Assembly: GCA_964291265.2 (NCBI GenBank)
Contig: OZ219747.1
Coordinates: forward strand, 1,952,001-2,016,000
Reading direction: 5' to 3'
DNA length: 64,000 bases
DNA from: Alphaproteobacteria bacterium
Lineage (GTDB): Bacteria > Pseudomonadota > Alphaproteobacteria > SP197
Position 1 is the stretch's first letter; every line of letters begins with the position of its first letter. The translations under genes and the position numbers were made by a program. Shown here one piece after another: positions 1-9,530 of this stretch. The notes under the pieces are model-generated. The model was not told where the DNA came from. It worked only from the letters and a program-made list of their open reading frames with translations, and did not search any database.

Positions 1-401
1 CGCAGTCATGGTACCGCGAGGCCCGTTACCGCGAGCTTGGGTTCGACAGCATCGAGGATGTCCTGGCCGACTGGGAGGCCGACCATGTCGACAACTGGGA
101 TGCCAACAACCTGCTCCACAAACTCTGGACCTGGCAGAAGGGCGACATCAGCGCGAATCACCTCCATGGCGGCGATTTCGCTCGTGCACTCGGTGCCATC
201 ACGCCGCGCGCCATCGTCATGCCCTCGTCAAGCGACCTCTATTTCCCGCCCGAGGACAGCGAGACCGAGGTCAACGGCATGCCCAGCGCCGAACTCAGGG
301 TCTACCAGACGGACTGGGGGCACTGCGTGGCCAGCGGTCATGCCGTTCCCGCCTTCCACGACTTCCTCGACCAGGCGATCCGCGATCTCATCGGCGGCTG
401 A
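1..401 (+). CDS. Alpha/beta hydrolase, homoserine O-acetyltransferase-like (5' end outside the window)
   Basis: Frame open from base 3: ...DNWDANNLLHKLWTWQKGDIS...VMPSSSDLYFPPED...TDWGHCVA; catalytic Asp (DLYF) and His (WGH) motifs of MetX-like hydrolases. Confidence 0.75.
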   Translation, partial: QSWYREARYRELGFDSIEDVLADWEADHVDNWDANNLLHKLWTWQKGDISANHLHGGDFARALGAITPRAIVMPSSSDLYFPPEDSETEVNGMPSAELRVYQTDWGHCVASGHAVPAFHDFLDQAIRDLIGG

Positions 402-425
402 CCGTCAGGAAGGGGCCCTGACGGT
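401..425 (+). terminator. Stem-loop directly after the hydrolase stop codon
   Basis: ACCGTCAGG-7nt-CCTGACGGT perfect 9-bp inverted repeat; only a weak U tract. Confidence 0.35.
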
Positions 426-777
426 GATTTCGAACAGGTCGTGTGACGCCGGCTCCTGCCTGCCTTGCCGGTTGCCCTCCCGGTGTTGGCGGATCCAGTC
501 TGCATGGCCCGGAAACGTGATGGCTGCTGCTGATGGCAAGTCGCCAGCCATCTCGACATTGACCGCCGCTGCCTCGCCTTCGAGCGAGCAGGAAACGAGT
601 TGGTGCCCGCGCGGGAATGATCGTTTCGGCTGACTTTCCGGCGAAACTTCGAACCTCCGATCCTCCGGGTGCTCCGTTTGCGACGGGATTCCTGCTGATT
701 CGCGGCGGCATCAGGGATCTTCAACCGAAACTCCGGACGTCGGGCGAGCGGTTCCGGTCCCGCCCTCGGCGGGCTTC

Positions 778-1010
778 TCAGGTGGGGTGGATGGGAGACG
801 CCCTCAGGCAGCGCGTCTTCGTCGTCTTTGGGCCCGGACCTCCCTGTGCAGAAGCAGCCCGATGCGGTGGACATCGAAGGCCACCATGGACAGCGCCACC
901 ATTCGCGCAAGGCCGTCCGCCCCACAGGATCAGGCCCCGGTCCATGCCGCGGTGCTCGAGATCGTTGATCGCGGACTCCACGGCCGGATGCTGCCGGCCC
1001 ATGTCCGGAG
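778..1010 (-). pseudogene. C-terminal remnant of an IS5/ISNCY-like transposase
   Basis: GRQHPAVESAINDLEHRGMDR resembles the R..HSAVESAIN.LE..GLDR region around the catalytic Glu; the rest is frameshifted or missing. Confidence 0.6.
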
Positions 1011-1329
1011 CCGGGTGAACTGAGCGCCGGCGAGAGCGGCAACGGAACCTTGCGTGTCCATCCGAAGCCCGCCCGCCCAGCGTGGCGCGCCGCAAAGGGT
1101 CTGGGGCTGTCAGCCCTGCATTCGAGTTCCCCAGCGATCCACGGAGAGAACATGACACCGCCTCTCGGAACGATGGCAGGAGCCGAGACGCTGAAGCGGC
1201 GCACGGTCCGCGCGGCTCTCCGGAATGCCTGCCGCGACGATCCGGTCGTATTGTTTCAGTCTGTCATTCGTCATGTGATTCAAACCGAATGACGAAAGGG
1301 CGGATTGACAAGATCGCCTTCGTTCTCCC

Positions 1330-1358
1330 TTGACGTATATAGGTCATTGGCCTATGGT
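1330..1358 (+). promoter_or_regulatory. Putative sigma70 promoter of the TA operon with an overlapping palindromic operator
   Basis: TTGACG-17bp-TATGGT ending 6 bp before the ATG; imperfect palindrome ATAGGTCATTGGCCTAT at 1339-1355. Confidence 0.55.
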
Positions 1359-1364
1359 TCTGGG

Positions 1365-1640
1365 ATGGAATTCGAATGGGACGAGACCAAGAGCCGTGCT
1401 TGTTTCGAACGTCGCGGCTTCGACTTCGCCCATGCTGTACGCACCTTCCTTGATTCACACCGTCGTGCAGGATCGGCGGAGAGACTATGGCGAGGACTGC
1501 TTTCGCCTGCTCGGCACGGTCGAAGGGCGGGCTGTGTCGTCGTCTGCACGACACGGGGTCCGACCGTTCGCATCATCTCGGCCCGCAAGGCCAACCGCAA
1601 GGAGATCGCGGACTATGAGTACAACGCGCGTAAGGGTTGA
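1365..1640 (+). pseudogene. brnT: BrnT-family type II toxin with two compensating frameshifts
   Basis: MEFEWDETKSRACFERRGFDF and TVRIISARKANRKE are in one frame; the conserved middle (QDRRRDYGEDCFRLLGTVEGR) is in another. Confidence 0.8.
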
Positions 1641-1950
1641 TCCAGACGACCCGTCCACGTTCCCGGGCGGGCGGATCGACGCCGGGAGGGTGGAGGCAAC
1701 CACGGAAGCGGAGATTGTGGCGCAGGAGCGGGAAGACGAGGCCGAGGCATTGCAGGACATGGCGCGCTATGCGCGCCGGGTCCGGCGGCGTCTGGGTCTC
1801 AGCCAGACGGAACTCGCGCGGCGCATCGATGTGTCGCCCGAGACGGTCCGCACCTCGGAGCAGGGCAAGCGCTTCCCGACCGGCGCGGCGCGGGCACTGT
1901 TGCGAGTGCTTGACAGAGCTCCCGAGATGGCGCTTCGCGTCCTGTCCTGA
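1615..1950 (+). CDS. XRE-family HTH antitoxin (HigA-like)
   Basis: RRRLGLSQTELARRIDVSPETVRTSEQGKRFPTGAARALLRVL; overlaps the toxin 3' end. Confidence 0.85.
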   Translation: MSTTRVRVDPDDPSTFPGGRIDAGRVEATTEAEIVAQEREDEAEALQDMARYARRVRRRLGLSQTELARRIDVSPETVRTSEQGKRFPTGAARALLRVLDRAPEMALRVLS

Positions 1951-2040
1951 AGAGGAGGGAGCGATGTCCGCTCCCGAGACGGCATGGCGAGCGCGTTCGG
2001 GTCGGCCACGGCTGACGCTTACGACGACGCTCCGACCCTA

Positions 2041-2988
2041 TCAATCCAATGCACTCAAGTCCGTGTCTTCATCTCCTTGCGACTGGTTCCCGTACCAATC
2101 CTGCATGGCCTGAATGCCGATGATGGCCTGAGACAGGAACCCGATGCCTTCCCGGAGCTTCTGTGTCCCGGTCAGGGGCTGGCGATTCGAGGGATGGAAG
2201 ATGGCCAGCCCGGCGGTGAGCACGACGAAGCGCGCGATGGTCATGTCCGGCGGTTCCCGGGAGACCTTGAAGCCGTGACGGGGTCCGTTCCCAGCACGTG
2301 CTCCCAGAGGTCTGCGTTGTCACCCGAAGGCAGCGCCGCCCCGGTTTCATGGGCCCGCGAGATCATCTCACGGACGTCCCCCTCGCGGTCGCAGACCGTC
2401 ACCACGCGGGTGCCCGGACAGGCGCGCGCGCATTCCTGCACCCGGTCGGGACCGGCGATCCAGCGGGCGCTGTCCTTGCCCTCGGCCCGGCGGGAGTCCT
2501 GAGTCCGACTCGAACATCCCGAGCGGCCGGCCGATCACGTTTACCGGCATGCCGACATGGGCCAGGATGCCCGAGGTTCCCGACAGGCCGTCGCGATTCA
2601 GCGTGGTCGTGTCCTGCACGGCCAGCACCAGCCGCTCGGTGCGGCACCGCTCCACCGTCTGCTCGACGTGCGAACCCGTTATGTGCTCCATCCTCACCGC
2701 CTCGTTGGACATCAACCGCCAGGCCGCCACCTGTTCCGCCGCCCCGGGAAGATCGCCGACAGGTGCTCGCCGAGGCGCCGGGTCCAGGCCGCGCCCATCT
2801 GCAAGGATCCGGCGCCTGATCCTGCCGTCCGGGTGCGGGCTGCGCTCAACTCCCTCGCCGTCCAATCCCTCTCACTCAACAGCGACCCGGACCAGCCGAG
2901 AACCCGTTCTGGCTCGCGGCGCAGGACCTGGCGCCAGCATGGCTCAAACGGCCTCAGCCAGACCGCGCGGCGCACGCACGAACGCCCT
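2041..2988 (-). pseudogene. Degraded IS4-family (IS50/Tn5-like) transposase
   Basis: Fragments in several frames: LVLAVQDTTTLN (first catalytic D), VVTVCDREGD (second D), C-terminal PSNRQPLTGTQKLREG; internal deletion and frameshifts. Confidence 0.8.
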
Positions 2989-3087
2989 GAGGTCAGGGGG
3001 TGTACGTCGGGATTGTGAGATTTGAACAAAGCGTGCGGTCTGCGGTCGTTTTTGGGTATTGTTCTGACAGTGTATTAGGCTGTCAGT

Positions 3088-3519
3088 ATGGAGGCCCCGA
3101 TGACACTGCCCCCCGCATTGTCCGAGCTCAACCTCAGGCGCCGCGACATCCAGAACCAGCTTGCCGACCTTGGCGACCTGCGCCCCGGCTCGCTGACGCC
3201 GCGTTTCCGCAAGTGCGGCAAGCCCACCTGCCACTGTGCCGCCCAGGGAGACCCCGGTCACGGACCGAGCTGGTCGTTGACCTGGTCTGTCGAGGGCAAG
3301 ACCCAAACCCGGATCATCCCCGCCGAGGCGGTCGAGGAAACCCAGGCGCAGATGGCCGAGTATCAGCGCGCCCGTGCTCTTATGCGTGAACTGTTCGAGG
3401 TCAGCACCCGGATGTGCGACGCGCAACTCGACGCCATCAAGGCGATTCCAAAAAAAACTTCGTCGCGGCGCTCGAACCGGAAGTCCGCCACGAGATCGTC
3501 AGCGAAGCGGCGAGCCTGA
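3088..3519 (+). CDS. ISKra4 accessory ORF (DUF6788-like, Cys/His-rich)
   Basis: LRPGSLTPRFRKCGKPTCHC...GHGPSW motif; first ORF inside the left inverted repeat. Confidence 0.75.
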   Translation: MEAPMTLPPALSELNLRRRDIQNQLADLGDLRPGSLTPRFRKCGKPTCHCAAQGDPGHGPSWSLTWSVEGKTQTRIIPAEAVEETQAQMAEYQRARALMRELFEVSTRMCDAQLDAIKAIPKKTSSRRSNRKSATRSSAKRRA

Positions 3520-4275
3520 TCGGTGTCGGCGTGCTTGACGACTTCCAGGCGATCGAGACTGAGGCCCGGCGGGTGGCATGGCAGATCATGGGGCAGGCGG
3601 TCGCCGCGAAGCTCAACGCCGATCATGCCGACGATCAGGGCCCCTGCCTGTGCGGGTGCGGCGGCAAAGCTCGCTTCGCCGGCCGCCGGCCCAAGACCTT
3701 CATCACCGCCTTGGGCCCGATGACGCTGGAACGGGCCTGGTATCACTGCGACGGCTGTCACTCAGGCTTCAGCCCGCGCGACCGCGCTCTTGGCATGGAG
3801 AACACCTTCCTGTCGCCGGCGTCGCTGCGCATGATCGGCATCGCTGCCGCCAGGATCAGCTTCGAGGGCTCCAGCGCCCTGTTGCGCGAGTTGGCCGGCC
3901 TCGCCGTCGCACCGAAGACGGTGGAACGCCACGCCGAGGCTCTCGGACGTGAGATCGCAGGCGACGAACACCGCGTCATCGAACCCGAGTTCGGCGATGC
4001 CCCCATCCTCTACCTCGGTCTCGATGGCACCGGCGTGCCGGCACGCAAGACCGAAGTCGCGGGGCGTGCGGGCAAGCAGCCCGACGGCGGCGCCAAGACC
4101 CGAGAGGCCAAGCTCGCGGTGGTGTGGTCGGCGGAAACCACCGACCAGGACGGCCGCCCCGTGCGCGATCCCGGTTCCTCCAGCGACAACGCGGCCATCG
4201 AAACCATCGCCTGCCGGGATACCGACGCCGAGCCCGCGCCCTTCGCACGGCGTATCCTGCGCGAGGCCCAGCGCC
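3414..4275 (+). pseudogene. ISKra4-family DDE transposase, N-terminal part
   Basis: CLCGCGG...RAWYHCDGCHSGFSPRD zinc ribbon, YLGLDGTGVP catalytic D, KTREAKL; cut by the IS21 insertion after EAQR. Confidence 0.85.
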
Positions 4276-4429
4276 TGTCGGCGGCGATTTAGAACGGCGG
4301 GATATTGGCGGAGAACCGCTCTTTTGGGCGCTGATCGTGTGAGTGGGTGACCACGACAGGAGAACGTGCGGCATTGGACGAAGGTCCGCCCGGTCTTTGT
4401 TTTCTGCCTATTGTTGGATCCCATTGGTC

Positions 4430-4770
4430 TTGCATTGACGTTGACGATGTCGTTCCGGTCGGCGTTTTCTGGCGTTCGGCGTTTGTGGAACGTGATGTGG
4501 GAGGGGAGCTTCAGGCTTTTGCGCGTGGTTTCGTTCTGGCGTTCTCCGGCCTCGTCGTGGTTCGTCGGGCGGGACGATCTCGAGGCTGGAGAGCTGACGG
4601 TTTCTGTTGCGCTGGGCGAAGAGGCTGCGTGCGTTGCGGTTGCGGCGGCGCAGGGTGCGGCAGGCGTCGAGTGTTTTCGGGCGGATGCTGCGACCTGTGA
4701 GCCAGTCCGGCGGCGGATCGGGCGTTGCTGCGGCTCAGCGGCTGCGGCAGTCTCGTGATGTGGTGTCGTT
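4430..4770 (-). pseudogene. Diverged, internally deleted second copy of the Toprim gene
   Basis: 4430-4575 aligns by eye to 5560-5705, and 4575-4770 aligns to ~5955-6150; the intervening ~250 bp are absent. Confidence 0.75.
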
Positions 4771-5366
4771 TGGACGGCCCGGGGGTTTCCCGGGGAGGCT
4801 GAGAGGCGCGTCGGGGTGAGACGTTCTCATTCCTGGATGGTAACGCGTGACCGCGTTCAAGGGTCTTGCGAGATTACGTGTCCCTTCCGTAGCCGCGTGG
4901 CGGTTCGATGTCCTCGAGAGCCTCGATGTCGGCATCGGCGACGCTCTGCAGGCGTTCTCCGTAAGGCGTGTCACGGAGGGTTTCGGGGATGCTGTCGAGG
5001 CGGTCACGCCATTCGTCCTGCAGGGTGCGGCAGGCGTCGAGTGTTTTCGGGCGGATGCTGCGACCTGTAAGCCAGTCCGGCCAGCGGCTGCGGCAGTCTC
5101 GTGATGCGGTGTCGTTTGGACGGCCCGGGAGTTTCCCGGGGAGGCTGAGCGGCGCGTCGGGGTGAGACGTTCTCATTCCTGGATGGTAACGCGTGACCGC
5201 GTTCAAGGGTCTTGCGGGATCACGTATCCCTTCCGTAGCCGCGTGGCGGTTCGATGTCCTCGAGGGCCTCGATGTCGGCATCGGCGACGCTCTGCAGGCG
5301 TTCTCCGTAAGGCGTGTCACGGAGGCTTTCGGGGATGCTGTCGAGGTGGTCACGCCATTCGTCCTG
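4651..5366. repeat. Tandem direct duplication (units 4651-5020 and 5021-5366)
   Basis: Near-identical 370-bp and 346-bp units (24-bp indel); junctions fall at a GCAGGG microhomology (4650, 5020, 5366). Confidence 0.9.
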
Positions 5367-5510
5367 CAGGGCGCGCAGTTCGGCCACGGCGTCGTTCCAG
5401 CGTTGCGGTCGCGAGCGCCGGTCACGGTGCTTTGGGGTGTGGACGGGAGGGATGCCGGCCTTGCGCCGTTCCCGGTATCGCCGCTGCTTTTCGGCGGGCG
5501 TGAGGGGCAT
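5220..5510 (-). CDS. Small hypothetical protein (MPLTPAEKQRRYRERR...DIEPPRGYGRDT)
   Basis: AAGGAG RBS before ATG 5510; an alternative start at 5540 overlaps the Toprim stop (ATGA); basic N-terminus, helical acidic C-terminus. Confidence 0.75.
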   Translation of the reverse strand: MPLTPAEKQRRYRERRKAGIPPVHTPKHRDRRSRPQRWNDAVAELRALQDEWRDHLDSIPESLRDTPYGERLQSVADADIEALEDIEPPRGYGRDT

Positions 5511-5536
5511 GAGTGGTCTCCTTGTGACGGACGTGG

Positions 5537-6430
5537 TCATGATCTCGCTTGTGGTTCTTTGGTCCTGGCGTTGACGACGTCGTTCCAGTCGGCGTTTTCC
5601 GGCGGTCTGCGTCTGTGGAACGAGACGTGGGAGGGGAGCTTCATCTTTTTGCGCAGGGTTTCGGCCTGTCGCTCTCCGGCCTCGTCGTGGTCCTGGGCGA
5701 GGACGATGGTCCTGACGTTGGGCAGGCTGCTTGCGGCGAGGCTGATCTGTTCGTGCTGTCTTCGCGAGGGTGCCCCGGCGGTGGAGAGGAAGGCGTGGCT
5801 GGGGGGACATTGGTCGATCTGGGCCAGGCTGAGGGCGTCGACGGCGCTTTCGGTGATGACGAGGGCCTCGAGGTCCGCGGCGGTTCCGGCGCGGACGGCG
5901 AACAGGCTTCGGGTTCCACCGGTGGCGAAGCGTTTCGGTCCGTCGGGGGGACCGATCTCGAAGCCGGTGAGCTTTCGCTTCCTGTTGCGATGGGCGAAGA
6001 GGACGCGTCCGTTGTGGTCGCGGCGGACCAGGGGGCGGCAGGTGTCGAGGGTCTCCGGGAGGATGCCGCGCCCGGTGAGCCAGTCCGGGGCCGCATCGGG
6101 CGTTGCCGCGGCCCAGAGGCTGCGGAAGTCGCGTGGCGCGGTGTCGGGTGCTGTGAAGCGGGTGCAGATGTCGGCGAAGGCCAGTCCGCGGTTGAGCATG
6201 AAGTCGATGACGGTTCCGTTGTCTTCATCGTTCTGGGTGTTGAAGTAGACCCAGTGTCCGTTGTTGAGGCACTTCGTGACGAGCTTCGGCAGGCCGGGTG
6301 CGCACAGGACGGGGTTGGCGCGTGTCGAGGCCTGTTCGTCGCGGACGTATCCCCAGTCGGCGGCGATGCGTTCGAACGGCATGCGCTTGACGGCGTCGAA
6401 GTCGACGCGGCGGGGTTTATCGGGTTTCAC
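5537..6430 (-). CDS. DUF3991 + Toprim-domain primase-like protein
   Basis: DEDNGTVIDF, WLTGRGI, RRDHNGRVLFAH, LVITESAVDALS (Toprim Glu), IVLAQDHDEAG (DxD); GTG start overlaps the istB stop. Confidence 0.85.
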   Translation of the reverse strand: MKPDKPRRVDFDAVKRMPFERIAADWGYVRDEQASTRANPVLCAPGLPKLVTKCLNNGHWVYFNTQNDEDNGTVIDFMLNRGLAFADICTRFTAPDTAPRDFRSLWAAATPDAAPDWLTGRGILPETLDTCRPLVRRDHNGRVLFAHRNRKRKLTGFEIGPPDGPKRFATGGTRSLFAVRAGTAADLEALVITESAVDALSLAQIDQCPPSHAFLSTAGAPSRRQHEQISLAASSLPNVRTIVLAQDHDEAGERQAETLRKKMKLPSHVSFHRRRPPENADWNDVVNARTKEPQARS

Positions 6431-7118
6431 GCCTGAGCCGCCAGGAGTCGCTGTCGATGGAGATGAGGGTTGCGTCGTGCATGAGCCGGTCGACGGTGCC
6501 GGCGATGCCGGAGGCGCTGGGGAAGACGCGGTCCCACTGGGCGAAGGCGAGGCTTGTCGTGACCATGGTCGAGCGGCGCTGATAGCGCCGCGAGACGATG
6601 GCGTAGAGGATGTCGGCATGGTGGCTTTCGAGGGTCACGTAGCCGATTTCGTCGAGGATGAGCAGGCGGGGCCTGGCGAGGATCGCGAGGCGGCGGCGCA
6701 GCTCGCTGCGCGAGACGGTCTCGGCGAGTGCCTCGAGCAGTTCCGGCGCCTTCTCGAAGCGGACGGTGTGGCCGTGCAGCAGGGCCTGGTGCGCCACGTT
6801 GGCGGCGATCATGGTCTTTCCGGTGCCCTGCCCGCCGACGAGCACGGCGTTGTCCGCACGGTCGACGAAGCCGAGGCCGAGGAGCGCTTCGACATGAGCC
6901 CGGCTGATGTCGCGCGGCCATGTCCAGTCGAAGTCCGCCAGGGGCTTGAAGGCGGGCAGCCGCGCCGCGGCGCGGCGGCGCTCGTGGCTGCGGGCCCTGC
7001 GGGCCTGTTCCTCGCCGCTGACCACCTCCTCGATCCATGCGGTCCCGGCGACCTCGTCCCAGCGTTCGACGAGCCCGTGGAGGCCGAGCGCCCGGGCACG
7101 CTCCCTGAGCTCGCTCAT
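6417..7118 (-). CDS. istB: IS21 helper AAA+ ATPase IstB
   Basis: Walker A GGQGTGKT, Walker B LLILDEIG, VDRLMH; ATGA overlap with istA. Confidence 0.95.
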   Translation of the reverse strand: MSELRERARALGLHGLVERWDEVAGTAWIEEVVSGEEQARRARSHERRRAAARLPAFKPLADFDWTWPRDISRAHVEALLGLGFVDRADNAVLVGGQGTGKTMIAANVAHQALLHGHTVRFEKAPELLEALAETVSRSELRRRLAILARPRLLILDEIGYVTLESHHADILYAIVSRRYQRRSTMVTTSLAFAQWDRVFPSASGIAGTVDRLMHDATLISIDSDSWRLRRETR

Positions 7119-8608
7119 GTCTTGTTCCTGGCGCTGGCTTCGGGCCTGTCGTAGGCGTCGAGAGCGGTCCCCCGCGGCGTCGTGCCACGGCCGCCGCGGC
7201 CGTCGTCGGCGATGCTGAGGGGCGGCAGGCCCTGCTCCCGGCGGCGCTCCTCGATGATGACGCGCACGGTTTCGGGGTGGCACGAGCCGCGCTCCAGCGC
7301 CGTGGCGACAGCCCGGTCGAGAGCGTCGGCGCCGTGCGCGTTGAGAAGCGTCTCCAGCATCCGGGCGCAGGAGGCCACGTTGCGCCCGTTGGTCCCGGCG
7401 CGCGCCAGCATCTCCTCGGCCCGCGGCACGGTGCGCAGGACCCGGTCGCGGACGCTCATGGAGCGGGCCCGCCGCTTGCCCGCGGCGATCGCCCTGGCAT
7501 GCTCCGGATCGGTGACGGCCTGCTTCCTGTTGTAGGAGCGTCGGTGGCGCGCGACCTCGTCGGCGCCGTCGAGGATGCGAACCTCGTCGCGGTCGGCGAC
7601 CAGCGTCAGCAGGGCCTTGGAGAAGCTACCCGGAACGCTGTAGTCGTTGGTGTCGAAGCGGGCGTGGCAGGTCTTGTCGATGCGCACCGGGCGGACCTCG
7701 TGATGCGGGAAGGGATCGGCGGGAAGGACGATCAGGTGCTCCCTCTCCCGGGCGAAGGCGTCCCGCACCAGGAGACTGTCGTCGTCCGGCCAGGGCCGCT
7801 CCGCGGCGGCGCCGAAGCACCACTCCCGAACTGCGGCGTTGAGCTCGCCGAGCGGGACCGTGATGTCGCGCCCGGCGAAGAACCCGGTGCGCGCGAAGCG
7901 CACACGGCGTTCCACGCGGCCCTTCTCCTGCGGGCTCCTGGGCCAGGCGGCGCTCGGTTCGAAGGCATAGTGGGCCGCGAGGCCGAGCAGCATCGGATGA
8001 TAGGTGACCGCCTTGCCGCGGCGCGTCACCACGGCACTCTTCAGGTTGTCGTACAGAAGCCTCCGCGGCACACCCCCGAATGCCGCGAAAGCCTCGACAT
8101 GGCCTTGCAGGAAGCTGGCCATCCGCGCGTCGTGGAACAGGCTCAGGACAGTCTGGCGCGAGTAGCTGAGGGTGACGAGAAGCCCCATGAGCCTGCGCTC
8201 CGCCCGGCCGATGCGGACCTTCCCGAACTCGGCCCAGTCAACCTGCGCCTGCTCGCCCGGAAGGAAGCTCAGCCGCAGCGACGGCTCGGGCCTCTTCACC
8301 GGCCTCAGCCCAAGGCGGCGCAGGTCGTGACGGAAGTGATCCTCGCCGCCGCGGTAGCCCAGAGCCACGACCTGTCGCCAGAGCGTGCTGGCCGGAAGGT
8401 CCGGCGACGCCTCAAGACGCTCCCCGAGGAAGGCAACGAAGGGGTCGATGAGCTTGGCCCGCGGCCGCCGCTCCTGCCCCGACGCCTTGAGCGCCCGCGT
8501 CACCGTGCCGTGGTGCACGCCGAGATGCCGGGCAATCGTCCCCACAGCCCAGCCCTCGGCCCGCGACAGCCGCACGATCGTCGCCCGCGTGTCCTCGTCG
8601 ATCGCCAT
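7115..8608 (-). CDS. istA: IS21-family transposase IstA
   Basis: N-terminal HTH; QVDWAEFG, LLYDNLKSAV, KGRVERRVRF (DDE); FDTNDYSVP. Confidence 0.95.
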   Translation of the reverse strand: MAIDEDTRATIVRLSRAEGWAVGTIARHLGVHHGTVTRALKASGQERRPRAKLIDPFVAFLGERLEASPDLPASTLWRQVVALGYRGGEDHFRHDLRRLGLRPVKRPEPSLRLSFLPGEQAQVDWAEFGKVRIGRAERRLMGLLVTLSYSRQTVLSLFHDARMASFLQGHVEAFAAFGGVPRRLLYDNLKSAVVTRRGKAVTYHPMLLGLAAHYAFEPSAAWPRSPQEKGRVERRVRFARTGFFAGRDITVPLGELNAAVREWCFGAAAERPWPDDDSLLVRDAFAREREHLIVLPADPFPHHEVRPVRIDKTCHARFDTNDYSVPGSFSKALLTLVADRDEVRILDGADEVARHRRSYNRKQAVTDPEHARAIAAGKRRARSMSVRDRVLRTVPRAEEMLARAGTNGRNVASCARMLETLLNAHGADALDRAVATALERGSCHPETVRVIIEERRREQGLPPLSIADDGRGGRGTTPRGTALDAYDRPEASARNKT

Positions 8609-8640
8609 GAACTCCCTCCCTTTGGTTCCTCAACGCCGCA

Positions 8641-9171
8641 TCACGGGTCCCTCAGCACCACATGCGTCACGACCCGTCCGCATCTGGCGCACCGAAGCGG
8701 CGATTCGCGCCGCTCTTGCGCCTTCACAACCGCAGGTAGGGAGGTCGGCAGCAGTCGGGAAGGGTGGTCCGTAACGATTTCTTCAGAACCGGCGTCTCCA
8801 GACACCGCCGGAACGTCGCCAAGCAGCACCACAGCAGACGTCTGCGTGCCCATGATCTCGGCAACCATCGCCGCCCTGGCCTTCAACGCACGCGCCTCCT
8901 CCGCCTTGCGGAGCCGGTAACGCCGCTGGCGGTGACGGCCCGTCTCACGGCCCTTCAGCGTGCTCTGGTAGCGACGACGCGACGCGCGGCGCCGCTCGAT
9001 CCGGGACCGCTCCCTGCACTCCTTGGAGCAATACACATGTCCCCGGTCACACGACCGGCAGAGAACAACCTGCCGCTGACACCGCCTGCAGTTGAACAGT
9101 CGTCCTGTCGTGCACACCGTCCGTCTCGAGAGCGGGGGTGGACCCGGACGCAAAATGGCTCGACAATACAC
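8641..9171 (-). CDS. Cys-rich zinc-finger/basic protein upstream of istA (start uncertain)
   Basis: FNCRRCQRQVVLCRSCDRGHVYCSKEC followed by an Arg-rich helix; C-terminal CARCG. Confidence 0.75.
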   Translation of the reverse strand: MYCRAILRPGPPPLSRRTVCTTGRLFNCRRCQRQVVLCRSCDRGHVYCSKECRERSRIERRRASRRRYQSTLKGRETGRHRQRRYRLRKAEEARALKARAAMVAEIMGTQTSAVVLLGDVPAVSGDAGSEEIVTDHPSRLLPTSLPAVVKAQERRESPLRCARCGRVVTHVVLRDP

Positions 9172-9435
9172 GGGAGTTCGGTCCCCCGTGACCGGCTCGT
9201 CCGGGTGCTGCGCCGGGGGGCGTCACAACTCCGCCCGGCATCGCATCGCTCTTTCTCTTGATGCCGATCTAGCATCCACCCGGGGCGGCGGCAAAGACGC
9301 CGCCCCGGGACCGGACAACGCGACCCGCCCACAGGGAAGACAAACAATCCCGCGAGTGCCTCGGAACCGGAACCCTCCCGGCAACCGTCACCAAGACCGA
9401 AGCAGAGGTCGACGGAACCCGAACCGGACCAAAAC

Positions 9436-9530
9436 GACAATAGGAAAAGACGGCGGCGCTCGGGGAGACAACCAGCCGAACACTCAAACCACGACAACAG
9501 GACGTGACAATAGGACCTGACAACAGGGAA
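9436..9530. repeat. Subterminal GACAAYAGG direct repeats
   Basis: Copies at 9493, 9506 and 9519 (13-bp period) plus one at 9436. Confidence 0.75.

Noticed and set aside
4430-6150. Toprim gene plus nearby diverged copy as a DGR template/variable repeat pair
   Set aside because: Mismatches involve all bases rather than only adenines, the copy has a large deletion, and no reverse transcriptase is in the window
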